DNA of 64,000 nucleotides, taken from positions 157,981 to 221,980 of the forward strand of contig CAZGQF010000002.1 of NCBI GenBank assembly GCA_964527545.1, read 5' to 3'. Each line of letters starts with the position of its first letter. Within the stretch, counting starts at the first letter, position 1. The notes under the pieces were generated by a model, which was given only the letters and a program-made list of their open reading frames with translations, was not told the origin of the DNA and did no database searches. The stretch is from Candidatus Undinarchaeota archaeon (GTDB lineage: Archaea; SpSt-1190; DYHY01; CAZGQF01). A program made the position numbers and the translations under genes. Positions 1 through 9,086 of the stretch are shown in pieces.

Positions 1-1539
1 GTGGGCAAGACGCTGGTGATCAAGTACATAGCCCTGGACAATCACTACGTTCAGTGCGCCGTTCTCGTTCCTGGTGACAAGGGGGCCGCCGAAGCCCTCC
101 GTCAGATTGCCCTGGTCGACCCATCCCCCGCTCCACTCAAACCACTCAGACCAAGTCGGCATCGACTCCCCGTTCTCAGCGAGGAGCAGCCACCTGTCTC
201 CTGTCCACTCCACGGCATACGGCTGGAGCTCGCTCAGCTCGTCTGTCACGTTCTCTGCAGTGCTCCAGCTCAAGCCGTCCCAGGCCGACCACTGGAGGAC
301 CTGGTTCGGCCCGCTGACGTAATCGTACTGCAAGGCCCAGACAGCCATGGCGTGAGTCGAGTTGAAGCCGAGGACGGGGGCTGCTGCGTAATGGTCGAGA
401 GAGTCGTGCTCATAGGAAGCAATCACGCCCGGCTCGCTCCAGGCGTCGTTCCAGAAAGAGTAGTTTACCCAGGCGTGCTTCGGTCCCGAGCCGCTTTCGT
501 TCTGCGATGCCCAGACCGCCATGCCCTCGTCCCCGGGCGCGAAGGCGAAAGCGGGCCATCCCTCAACCCTGACGCCGCTCCCCGAGTTGGAGGTGATGTT
601 GTCGACAGGCGACCACGAGCCGTCGAAGGAGGCCCACCCGATGTCGTCTGCCGTCCTCCAGACAGCGATGGCTTCATCGCTCGAGTTGAAGTTGAAGCCG
701 ATGATGGCGATGTCGTACCGGTCGTTGTCTGTGATGTTGTCGGTCTCCGTCCAGCTCGAACCGTCGTAGAAAGACCACATTATCTCGCCTTCGGACGGGC
801 CGTTGAGGTCGTCGACACCGACCGCAAGGGCATTGCCCTGGGAGTCGTACTCCTGGTGCCAGAAGACGCTCTCGCGAGCTGTCTGCGTCAAGTTCCGCGA
901 GTAGGCGAAGGTCGAGCCGTCCCACTCGTAGACATGGGTGTCGGTCTGCGTCGGGGTGGCCCAGGGGACGAGGAGAGACCTCGGCCCGCAGTCAGAAAAG
1001 CAGTTCTCGCCGTCCTCGCCGGAGTCGCAGGTCCCGTCTCCGCATGCAGTTCCTTCTTCTCCACTCTCCACGCAGATCCCTCCCTCGCAGGTCTCGCTTG
1101 AGTAGCAGTCCGAGTCAGACGAGCAGAGCAGTTTCGCAAGGTCTACACTCTTCGACGTCGAAGCGGCGCCGGAGATCTTCACTTCGCACTTTTCCGCCGT
1201 GCAGCCCGGCACTTCAGTCAGCTTGAAGACTTCCCTGCTGCGCTCCGCGAGAGTGTCGGAGGAGCGGTTCACTCTGACCGGCCTCTCCTCCACGTAGACA
1301 GTCGTTTTGCTCAAGTCGATGTCGCCCGCCCCCACGTTCTTGACGTAGATCCTCCCTCCCGCCGCCGACTCTATCTGGATGGCGGCGAGAGACTGTTCGC
1401 CGAGCTGCTCGATCTGCGTGGAGCCAGACTCTTCCCCGCTCTCAGTGAAGCCTTGATAGACGAAGTAGAAGCCGCCGGCCGCAGCGACGGCCATCAGCAA
1501 CAGCAGGATGATGGCGATGACAGGAGTTATCCCTCTCAC
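1..1539 (-). CDS. Large class III signal-peptide (archaeal prepilin-like) protein, paralog of 25024..26592; 3'-truncated by window edge (513 codons in window)
   Basis: Reverse-strand translation from GTG at 1539 gives VRGITPVIAIILLLLMAVAAAGGFYFVYQGF..., identical over the first 31 aa to the N-terminus of the 25024 gene; the Cys-rich CSSDSDCYSSETCEGGIC module is conserved. Absent from the ORF table because it runs off the window; the out-of-frame ORFs 888..1139(-) and 1044..1226(+) duplicate those inside the 25024 gene. A TATA-like taatgcataata lies upstream. Confidence 0.7.
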   Translation of the reverse strand, partial: MRGITPVIAIILLLLMAVAAAGGFYFVYQGFTESGEESGSTQIEQLGEQSLAAIQIESAAGGRIYVKNVGAGDIDLSKTTVYVEERPVRVNRSSDTLAERSREVFKLTEVPGCTAEKCEVKISGAASTSKSVDLAKLLCSSDSDCYSSETCEGGICVESGEEGTACGDGTCDSGEDGENCFSDCGPRSLLVPWATPTQTDTHVYEWDGSTFAYSRNLTQTARESVFWHQEYDSQGNALAVGVDDLNGPSEGEIMWSFYDGSSWTETDNITDNDRYDIAIIGFNFNSSDEAIAVWRTADDIGWASFDGSWSPVDNITSNSGSGVRVEGWPAFAFAPGDEGMAVWASQNESGSGPKHAWVNYSFWNDAWSEPGVIASYEHDSLDHYAAAPVLGFNSTHAMAVWALQYDYVSGPNQVLQWSAWDGLSWSTAENVTDELSELQPYAVEWTGDRWLLLAENGESMPTWSEWFEWSGGWVDQGNLTEGFGGPLVTRNENGALNVVIVQGYVLDHQRLAH

Positions 1540-1570
1540 AACTCAAGAGTTCATTCTGCTCTATTATGCA

Positions 1571-3295
1571 TTACTCACCGCAGTACCTCTCTGCCGCCTC
1601 TTTCGTTTTCTCTTTCAGCTCCAGCAAGCGGGAGTTCTCCACAGGGAAGACCTGGGCGAAGCGGGCCAAAACTTCCTTTGCTTCTTTCTTGAGCTCTCCG
1701 TTCTCCCCGACAGTCTCCGGGACCTCGCCGTCGAAGACGATAGAGTAGAAATCTTCTGCCAGAGAGAGGCGGTCCGTTTTGTTGAGGTAGCTCATCGCCC
1801 TGGCGTAGCGGTTCATCTTTCCGAGCGCAGCCTTCAGCTTCTTCACGGCAGCCTCGCTTCTCTCCAGCCGCATCTCGACTCTCCCCTTCTCGCCGGAGGT
1901 CTGCTCTGACCTCACTTCAAGCTCGTCCGGGAGGTCGAAGAAGTTCTTGAGATGGCAGTGGTAGTTGTGGACGAAGACAGGCGCCGCGTCGTGGGAGTTC
2001 TTTTTCGAGGCGTAGAACTCGACCTTCCCCTTCTTGCCGAGCTCTTTTTTGTTCTCTTTCAAGGCCCCCTTGAAGGCGATGATGGCGCGGACCCTTTCCC
2101 TGTAGTCGCCGAGCTCCCTGCGGGAGTAGGCCTGGAAGGCCTCCACGAAGGCCCCCTTCCCGTCGAATGTGTCGATCTCAACCTCCCAGTCCGGCTTCTC
2201 GACAGGACTGCTCTTCACCCTTCCCGTGTGGAACACTGCCGTTCCGCCTCTCTTCTTTTTCCTGTGGCTCTTGGTAAAGAAGGGCATCCGATAAGCGGCG
2301 GTAACTGTCATGCGGATGGTCCCCTCCTCCCTCCTGCAGTCCAGGCAGTCTTCACAGCCATCAAAGAAACTCTCTATCTCGCCGTCGTTGAGGGCGACCT
2401 GCAATGGCCTTTTCCCGGCGCCCAGCTCCACGTCGAGGTCGTTGTAGTCGGCCATCTTTTTCAGCTGGTGCTTGACCACGTTGGGAGCGAGAAGTCTCAG
2501 GAACTTCCTGAACTCTTTCATCCCCACCTCATAGATCCTGCCCCTCTCCCCAGCCAGGTGCCTGACGAAATTGGAGGCCTCCCTGATGGGGATCGTGCCG
2601 TCGGGTGCGTAGAGAGCTGCAGTGTAGTCCGCGAAGTCGATGCCAAAGTGGTCGAAGACGTTGACCACGCGCGTCGCCTTTTCTGCCGGAGAATTGATCA
2701 CAGCCTTCATCTCCCCCTCCACTGGGACTGCCAATATCCCAGTGTGGGCGCCGACGACATAGTCGCTTCCCCCCTTGCCCGGCTTTATCCCAAAGTAGTT
2801 TTCCACTACCGGCCTGCCTGTCATGAACTCCTTGGGGACTGCCAGGGAGAACTCTGAAAGCACGTAACCCCTGCTTTTTTTCTCGTTTCTCTTCTCCAGA
2901 AAGACGGGGGTCTCGAAGCGCTCTTCAGTGAGGAAAAAGACAGGCGCTCCCTCTTTCCTGCTCCAGCTGAGGTCCGCCTCCAGGACGGGGTCCCATCTCG
3001 CGTCCAAGACTGTCTCTCCATCTTCCTCGCCGAGGCCGCCTATGTAGAGGAGGCCGGAATCGACACCGTTCTCCCGTGTTGCGAAGTGCTGGTTTGGGAC
3101 GTAGGCCAGCGGATAGGAGGCTCTCGCTTCGTAGACGGAGAGGGGGACTCCCCTTTCTCCACCTATTTCGCTCTCTTCCCTTAGGGCCCTGGCCATCCAG
3201 CCTTCGAGGGGGACCCCCTCTGTCTTTTTCCAGAGCCCCGACAGCTTGTCGATTATGGGGTCCTTTCTCCGCATTCCTTCGCTTTCAGGGAACAA
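1571..3295 (-). CDS. Hypothetical 574 aa protein with a CEDCLDC cysteine cluster; function not recognised
   Basis: Long ORF with coding-like composition; Lys/Glu-rich; CxDCxDC motif; shares an AT-rich divergent promoter region (aatttttaaatc) with the 3373 gene. Confidence 0.55.
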   Translation of the reverse strand: MFPESEGMRRKDPIIDKLSGLWKKTEGVPLEGWMARALREESEIGGERGVPLSVYEARASYPLAYVPNQHFATRENGVDSGLLYIGGLGEEDGETVLDARWDPVLEADLSWSRKEGAPVFFLTEERFETPVFLEKRNEKKSRGYVLSEFSLAVPKEFMTGRPVVENYFGIKPGKGGSDYVVGAHTGILAVPVEGEMKAVINSPAEKATRVVNVFDHFGIDFADYTAALYAPDGTIPIREASNFVRHLAGERGRIYEVGMKEFRKFLRLLAPNVVKHQLKKMADYNDLDVELGAGKRPLQVALNDGEIESFFDGCEDCLDCRREEGTIRMTVTAAYRMPFFTKSHRKKKRGGTAVFHTGRVKSSPVEKPDWEVEIDTFDGKGAFVEAFQAYSRRELGDYRERVRAIIAFKGALKENKKELGKKGKVEFYASKKNSHDAAPVFVHNYHCHLKNFFDLPDELEVRSEQTSGEKGRVEMRLERSEAAVKKLKAALGKMNRYARAMSYLNKTDRLSLAEDFYSIVFDGEVPETVGENGELKKEAKEVLARFAQVFPVENSRLLELKEKTKEAAERYCGE

Positions 3296-3372
3296 TTTTT
3301 AAATCTTTCAGTGGTGAAAAGCTCCTTCCCAGAGGGAAAACCTAATAAACAGCCCTTTCAGGCCGTGAACAT

Positions 3373-4413
3373 ATGGCGAAGTCAAAAAAATCAGACGACG
3401 AGATGATCGAGATAACCCTCTCAAGGAACATGCTGGCCGGCCTGGCCGCCCTAGTCCTGCTCGTCGCCGCGGGATTCGTGGGATACGGAAAGATGGGCAA
3501 CCCGTTCGCCTCCACCCCTTCCGAGCCCGAGGCGCCGACCGAGGGCGTCAGCGAGGAGGAGCTGGTGACGCTCACCGTTCTCAACGACGAGACCTGCTCT
3601 GTCTGCGACTCGGAGCAGATCGTGGCCAGCCTTGAGGAGGTATTGGGCGACCTCGACGTCGAACTTCTCGACATCTCCACTTCAGAAGGGAGGGCGCTGG
3701 CCGAGAAGATAGAGGCGGAGAGTGTCCCTGCCTACGTCTTCGAGTCGGACGTCACTGAGACAGACTCCTATGCACAGATCCAGAGGTACTTGGACGCGAA
3801 GTCGGACCTTTATGTCCTGAGAGTCGGCGGCTCCCAGAAGCTCCTGGGACGAGAGCCCACAGAGAAGCCGACAGTCGACCTCTTCGTCATGAGCCAGTGC
3901 CCGTACGGGACGATGGCAGAAGACAACATGGCAGAGGTGCTCGACAACTTCGGGGATGCAGTCGACATGAACATCTACTTCATTGCCAGCGAGCAGGGAG
4001 GAAACTTCTCCTCCATGCACGGGCAGGTCGAAGTAAACGAGGACATCAGGCAGGTCTGCATAGCTGACAAGTACCCGGACAAGCTGATAAACTACCTGCT
4101 CTGCGTCAATGAAGACATAGTGAACGTGGAAGAGAACTGGGAAGCCTGCGCCGAGGAGGCGGGGATCCCAGCAGGCGAGATAGGGGCCTGCGCCCAGGGA
4201 GAGGAGGGTGCGGAGCTCTTCAGGGAGAACATAGCTGTTGCCCAAGAGCTTGGCATCACTGGCTCGCCCGGCTACCTGGTCAACAACCAGATAATGGCGG
4301 GGGGACTGAGGAGCCCGGAGCAGGTGAAGCAGATGGTCTGCAGCGGAACCCCAGGCTTGGAAGGCTGTGAGAGCACGCTTTCGGGCGGCGGCGAGGCCCA
4401 AGGCAGCTGCTGA
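3373..4413 (+). CDS. Membrane-anchored thioredoxin-fold thiol-disulfide oxidoreductase-like protein (two CxxC motifs)
   Basis: N-terminal TM helix (LAGLAALVLLVAAGFVGY); CSVC and QCPYG (DsbA-like CPxG) redox motifs. Confidence 0.55.
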   Translation: MAKSKKSDDEMIEITLSRNMLAGLAALVLLVAAGFVGYGKMGNPFASTPSEPEAPTEGVSEEELVTLTVLNDETCSVCDSEQIVASLEEVLGDLDVELLDISTSEGRALAEKIEAESVPAYVFESDVTETDSYAQIQRYLDAKSDLYVLRVGGSQKLLGREPTEKPTVDLFVMSQCPYGTMAEDNMAEVLDNFGDAVDMNIYFIASEQGGNFSSMHGQVEVNEDIRQVCIADKYPDKLINYLLCVNEDIVNVEENWEACAEEAGIPAGEIGACAQGEEGAELFRENIAVAQELGITGSPGYLVNNQIMAGGLRSPEQVKQMVCSGTPGLEGCESTLSGGGEAQGSC

Positions 4414-4415
4414 GC

Positions 4416-5045
4416 TCACCCCGGGAAGCCGAACTCCCCGACAAGGGGCACGAAGCGGAACTGGCCCAGGGAGCGCGCTTTCAGTTCGCCTTCGGTCTTC
4501 TCTATGACCTTCATTGTCTGTATGAAGCGGCCAACAGGTATGACCAGCCTCCCGCCTTCCTTGAGCTGCTCGACGAGCGGCTCGGGCACCGACGGCGAGG
4601 CGGCCGTCACGAGAATGCCGTCGTACGGCGCCTTTTTTTCATATCCTCGCGAACCGTCGCCGAGGACAGTCTTCACCTCTGCCCCGACCTTCTCCAGGTT
4701 CTCGCGCGCAACCTGAAGCAAAGCGCTCTTCGTCTCGATGCTGACAACATCGCAACCCATCGCCCAGAGGAGGGCGGCCTGGTAGCCAGACCCTGAGCCG
4801 ACCTCCAGCACATTGTCGCCTTCTCCCGCGTCAAGCGCCTGCGTCATCATCACTATGGTCGACGGCTGGGAGATTGTGGCGCCGAAGCCGATGGGCTGGG
4901 CAGAGTCGGAGTAGGGAGAGACCTCGCAGAAGAGGCCCCTGTCGACCTGCCGCATCGCCTTCTCAAGTCTCCCGCTCTTGAGCACGCCGACCTTCCTGAG
5001 GTGGTCGACGAGCTCGTCGTTGCTCTTCACTGGACCGACAGGCAT
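4416..5045 (-). CDS. pcm: Protein-L-isoaspartate O-methyltransferase
   Basis: TISQPSTIVMM and VLEVGSGSGYQAALL (SAM motif I) plus YDGILVTAA; typical length 209 aa. Confidence 0.9.
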   Translation of the reverse strand: MPVGPVKSNDELVDHLRKVGVLKSGRLEKAMRQVDRGLFCEVSPYSDSAQPIGFGATISQPSTIVMMTQALDAGEGDNVLEVGSGSGYQAALLWAMGCDVVSIETKSALLQVARENLEKVGAEVKTVLGDGSRGYEKKAPYDGILVTAASPSVPEPLVEQLKEGGRLVIPVGRFIQTMKVIEKTEGELKARSLGQFRFVPLVGEFGFPG

Positions 5046-5071
5046 TTAGGCATTATAAGAGCTGTCGAAAC

Positions 5072-5629
5072 ATGTTCACTCTTGCGAGCCGCTCCCCGCG
5101 CAGGTCGCGACTCTTGAGAGAGGCAGGCTACGAGTTCAGGGTGGAGCCGTCAGGGGCAAGCGAGGAGGTGGAGACTGCAGACCCCGTCGAGCACGCCCGC
5201 CAGACTGCGCTCAAGAAGGCGAGGGCTGTGTGGCGGGGCGAAGGCATCGTCCTCGCCGCAGACACTGTGGTCTCTCTCGACGGCGCCATCCTCGGCAAGC
5301 CAAAAGACGAAGAGGAAGCGAAGAGGATGTTGGAAGAGCTGAGCGGGAGAAGACACGACGTGATAACGGCGGTCGCCCTGCTGTGGGAGGGCGGCGAGAG
5401 AGTGGAGCACGAAACCACCTGCGTCGAATTCAGGGAGCTCTCCGAGACGGAGATCTCTTCCTACGTGGCGGGCGGCGAGCCGATGGACAAGGCCGGCGCC
5501 TATGCGGTGCAGGGCGAGGGGAGGGGGCTCGTCTCATCGCTGGACGGCTCCTTCACCAACGTGGTCGGCCTCCCGATCGAGCTGACTGCGAGGATGCTGG
5601 CCGAAGCAGGAGCTTCAAAAGACTTTTAA
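5072..5629 (+). CDS. maf: Maf-like nucleoside triphosphate pyrophosphatase
   Basis: N-terminal LASRSPRRSRLL (Maf signature S-x-S-P-R-R), ADTVV, KAGAYAVQG motifs. Confidence 0.85.
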   Translation: MFTLASRSPRRSRLLREAGYEFRVEPSGASEEVETADPVEHARQTALKKARAVWRGEGIVLAADTVVSLDGAILGKPKDEEEAKRMLEELSGRRHDVITAVALLWEGGERVEHETTCVEFRELSETEISSYVAGGEPMDKAGAYAVQGEGRGLVSSLDGSFTNVVGLPIELTARMLAEAGASKDF

Positions 5630-5651
5630 GACACTTTCCTGCAGTTTTGGC

Positions 5652-6308
5652 ATGTACTGTCCCAAGTGCGGGGCGAAGGTCGACGACGACTACAACTTCT
5701 GCCCCGTCTGCGGCTTCAAGCTCGTGAAGCAAGGGAGGCCCGCGCCCATGAGGTTCAGGAGGCCGGGAGTGAGAGTGAAGGACCCGTTCGAGGACATCTT
5801 CGGCGGGGGGCCCTTCGGCGACTTCGACAGCTTCTTCAAGTCGAGCTTTCTCGGCTTCCCTGGCCTGAGGAAACGCCTGGGGAAGAGCAAGAGCTCCAAA
5901 GGGGGCGGCTTCTCTGTCAAGATAGTGAGGGGGACGGGGAAGGAGCCCAAGATCTCAGTCAAGACGTTCGGCGACCTGAAGGGGAAGGAGAACGAAGTGA
6001 GGAGGAGAGTCGGCCTGGAAGAAAAAGAAGAGAGGCCGAAGATAGAGGAGGTCGAGCCGCGCGAGTTCGAGAAGACAGAGGAGCCGGAGTGCGAGGTGAA
6101 AAAGGAGGGCGACACCACAGTTGTGGAGGTCGAGCTTCCTGACGTGGAGTCGATGGCAGACGTCGACGTCGCCGTCTACCGCGAATCGCTGGAGATAAGG
6201 GCCTACGCAGAGGACACTGCCTTCTTCAGGATAGTCAAGATACCAAAAGGGGCGGAGCTCGTCGACAAGTGCCTCGAAGACGGCAAGCTGATTCTGAAAC
6301 TGAGGTGA
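5652..6308 (+). CDS. Zinc-ribbon protein with C-terminal Hsp20/alpha-crystallin (CS/p23-like) domain
   Basis: N-terminal CPKCG...CPVCG zinc ribbon; C-terminal VVEVELPDVES..DVDVAVY..LEIRA...FFRIVKIPKGAELV...EDGKLILKL resembles an alpha-crystallin domain; stop lies 5 nt before the RuvB-like gene. Confidence 0.6.
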   Translation: MYCPKCGAKVDDDYNFCPVCGFKLVKQGRPAPMRFRRPGVRVKDPFEDIFGGGPFGDFDSFFKSSFLGFPGLRKRLGKSKSSKGGGFSVKIVRGTGKEPKISVKTFGDLKGKENEVRRRVGLEEKEERPKIEEVEPREFEKTEEPECEVKKEGDTTVVEVELPDVESMADVDVAVYRESLEIRAYAEDTAFFRIVKIPKGAELVDKCLEDGKLILKLR

Positions 6309-6312
6309 AATC

Positions 6313-7647
6313 ATGGAGAAACCTGCAGGACTGAGTGAGATCAAGGAATGGGAGCGCGTCAGCGCCCACTCCCACGTGAAGGGGCTGGGCCTGGAGAAGG
6401 GAAAGCCGGTCGAAGGCAAGGACGGCATGATAGGGCAGGGAGAGGCGAGAGAGGCGGCAGGAATCATAACAGAACTCGTGAGAGACGGCAAGTTCGCTGG
6501 ACGCGCCGTCCTCATCGCCGGCCCGCCGGGCACGGGAAAGACTGCCATAGCGCTCGGGATGGCCAAGGGCCTGGGCAAGGACGTGCCTTTCGTGCCCCTG
6601 ACCGCCAGCGAGATCTACTCCAGCGAGATGAAGAAGACTGAGTTCCTGACAAAGGCGCTGAGGAAGGCGATCGGCGTGAGAGTCCGCGAGATGCGCAAGA
6701 TCTACGAGGGCGTGGTGGAAAAGATCGACGTGGAGATGAAGTCGCACCCGCTCAACCCATACCAGAAGGTGCCAGGCTCCGCACGCATAACCCTCCGCAC
6801 CTCCGACGAGAAGAAGTCGTTCAGCGTCGACCAGTCCTTCGCCATGCAGTTCATGAAGCAGGGCCTCGAAGAGGGCGACGTCGTCCAGATCGACATCGAC
6901 GGCAACCAGGTCTCCAAGCTGGGGCGGAGCGAGGAGACAGAGACGGCAGACCTCTCCAGCGAGCAGAAGGTGCCCGTGCCCGACGGCGAAGTCTTCAAGG
7001 AGAGGGAGTTCGTCTTCACGCTGACGCTCGACCAGATGGACGTGGCCAACTCCCGCCGTGGCGACATCTTCTCGCTGATGTTCGGCGCCTCCTCACAAGA
7101 GGTCGACTCGGAGCTGAGGAGGTCGATAGACGAGACGGTGAGGAAGTGGGTGGAGACGGGAAAGGCAGAGATACTGCCTGGCGTGGTCTTCATAGACGAG
7201 TGCTCCATGCTCGACATAGAGAGCTTCGCCTTCCTGAACAGGGCGATGGAGAGCGACCTCGCGCCCATAATCGTCTTCGCAACCAACCGCGGCCTGACAA
7301 AGATAAAGGGGACGGGGATAGAGTCGCCGCACGGGATGCCTCTCGACCTGCTCGACCGCCTCCTGATAATCTCCACGCGGCCCTATGAGAAAGGGGAGAT
7401 AGGAAAGATACTAAAGATAAGGGCAGAAGCAGAGAAGCTGAAGGTCGAGAAGACGGCCCTAAAGAGGCTGACAGAGATCGGGGGGGAGACAAGCCTCCGC
7501 TACTCCGTCCAGCTTCTCGCCCCGGCCGCTGAGCTGGCCGACGGCAAGATAAACAAGGGTCATGTAGAAGAGGCCAACAAGCTCTTCTCAGACGTGAAGC
7601 GTTCCGTCAAGTACCTCAAAGAGTACGAGAAGAAGATGCTGGAGTAG
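6313..7647 (+). CDS. RuvB-like AAA+ ATPase (TIP49/Pontin/Reptin family)
   Basis: SHSHVKGLGL N-terminal signature of RuvBL1/2, Walker A GPPGTGKT, long insertion (domain II) before Walker B VVFIDECSMLD; 444 aa as in eukaryotic RuvBL. Confidence 0.85.
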   Translation: MEKPAGLSEIKEWERVSAHSHVKGLGLEKGKPVEGKDGMIGQGEAREAAGIITELVRDGKFAGRAVLIAGPPGTGKTAIALGMAKGLGKDVPFVPLTASEIYSSEMKKTEFLTKALRKAIGVRVREMRKIYEGVVEKIDVEMKSHPLNPYQKVPGSARITLRTSDEKKSFSVDQSFAMQFMKQGLEEGDVVQIDIDGNQVSKLGRSEETETADLSSEQKVPVPDGEVFKEREFVFTLTLDQMDVANSRRGDIFSLMFGASSQEVDSELRRSIDETVRKWVETGKAEILPGVVFIDECSMLDIESFAFLNRAMESDLAPIIVFATNRGLTKIKGTGIESPHGMPLDLLDRLLIISTRPYEKGEIGKILKIRAEAEKLKVEKTALKRLTEIGGETSLRYSVQLLAPAAELADGKINKGHVEEANKLFSDVKRSVKYLKEYEKKMLE

Positions 7648-8445
7648 CTAGGCCTCCGCCCGCTTGAAGAAATACTCTGTCTCTTCCGGGCCGAACTCCT
7701 TGAGAATCCGCGTCTTTCCGCCGACTCTGTCCTTCTCATGAGTCTCGAGGAGGCCCGAGTACCTGTCTTCCCACTCCGTCTCTTTCTTGGCCTCCATGCC
7801 TTCCATTGCCCTTCTCTCCTCCTCAGTCAGAAGTCGATAGTCCATGCCCCTTCTCGGGCTCATGACGGGGTTTCGGAAGGCCTCAAAGGCCCCCTTTCGT
7901 CCCTTCGCCATACTTTCACGGCGCTCCTCTGCCTCTTCATCAGTCTCAGCGCTCTCCGAGAGATAGCCCCCGAACGTCTCCGGGCTGTAGGTCTCAACAG
8001 GGTGGGCCGTGAACGGGACTTCAGCACTGCCCGAGGTCTCCAGTGCATAGGCAAGCCTCTCAGCCGATGAAGCCTCCTCGCCTGGCTCCTTGATTCCAGT
8101 GCCCTCTCTTTCAGTCTTCAGCGAATGCTCGAGCCACTTCCCGGCGGCGTGTTCACTTGTTCCATAATCTGCCTCGACAAGAGTAAGCCCCGTCTTGTCA
8201 ACAGCAACACTCCCAGTGCGCAAACCCGTTCCGCCTTTCTCCCCCACATAGAAACTCTCTTTCTTCCCAGGCTTAACGACATCCTGCTTGATCGATTCAG
8301 GGAAAGCCAATGTCGCGGCCTCTGCGGCACCTGGCGTCTTCCCTGTCTTCCACGGTTCGCCGACCTTGATTTTGGGACTCTTGAACTCACCTTTCTCTGC
8401 GTCAAGCTCATATCGAACTACAATCTTCTTGCCCATACTATACAT
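7648..8445 (-). CDS. Hypothetical low-complexity acidic protein
   Basis: ORF of 265 aa convergent with the RuvB-like gene; Glu/Gly/Thr-rich, likely disordered; no motif recognised. Confidence 0.4.
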   Translation of the reverse strand: MYSMGKKIVVRYELDAEKGEFKSPKIKVGEPWKTGKTPGAAEAATLAFPESIKQDVVKPGKKESFYVGEKGGTGLRTGSVAVDKTGLTLVEADYGTSEHAAGKWLEHSLKTEREGTGIKEPGEEASSAERLAYALETSGSAEVPFTAHPVETYSPETFGGYLSESAETDEEAEERRESMAKGRKGAFEAFRNPVMSPRRGMDYRLLTEEERRAMEGMEAKKETEWEDRYSGLLETHEKDRVGGKTRILKEFGPEETEYFFKRAEA

Positions 8446-8535
8446 CCTCAGCCATCCCTTTTATATGTTACTACTTAATAATGGTTAGAGTTAAGGGGTA
8501 GAAAGCCTTATATTTACCACTTTTAAATTTCAAGT

Positions 8536-9024
8536 ATGAAAGAGGACCGCCGTCTTCTCATCTCTGACCCCTTCTTCGAGGCAATGGAAGACGCAGCCTC
8601 AACGGAGGGGGAGATCTTCTGGGCCTATTTCGGCAGGGAGGAGGGCGGGGCTCTGGTCCTGGACAGGGCGGAGCTAGTCCCTGAAAAAGTCCACGAGAAA
8701 AGGGGAGATTACAACTGTCTCCTCGACTCCAAGAGGTTCGAAAAGTGGGTGAAGAAGCGTGAGAGAAAGCTGGGAAAGGGAGGGAAATACAGTCTGATCG
8801 GTCTCGGCCATGTCCACAGGAACCTGCAGATACCGACAGTCAACGACACCGAATACCTCTCCAAGATCGATGGAAAGGGAATTCACTCAATCTACCACGA
8901 CCTCCCCGGGAAGAAATTCCTGAGATTCTTCAGGGCAAGAGATGACGACTATCTGCCACTGGACGAAGAGGTCCTCAACAGGAGCGAAAAATACCAGAAC
9001 GTCGAGATTTTGACCAGATGGTGA
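8536..9024 (+). CDS. Uncharacterised protein with G-H-x-H-R motif (possible JAB/MPN-like metalloprotein); paralog of 53837..54388
   Basis: LIGLGHVHRNLQIPTVND resembles a degenerate JAMM HxH..P[ST]xxD; TATA ccttatatttacc ~22 nt upstream of ATG; similar architecture to the 53837 ORF (LLGTAHLHRDFGPDSD). Confidence 0.45.
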   Translation: MKEDRRLLISDPFFEAMEDAASTEGEIFWAYFGREEGGALVLDRAELVPEKVHEKRGDYNCLLDSKRFEKWVKKRERKLGKGGKYSLIGLGHVHRNLQIPTVNDTEYLSKIDGKGIHSIYHDLPGKKFLRFFRARDDDYLPLDEEVLNRSEKYQNVEILTRW

Positions 9025-9086
9025 GCAATTTCATAGCTGCTATTTGTTGTTGAAAAGCTTAAATCCAGACGTTCATTCCAGAGTTT

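Noticed and set aside
1-1101. 366-aa plus-strand ORF at the window start
   Set aside because: Antisense to the pilin-like paralog encoded on the minus strand (1..1539); high-GC antisense ORF with no motifs.
3682-4419. 245-aa minus-strand ORF
   Set aside because: Antisense to the thioredoxin-like gene; Leu/Arg-rich translation typical of GC-rich antisense frames.
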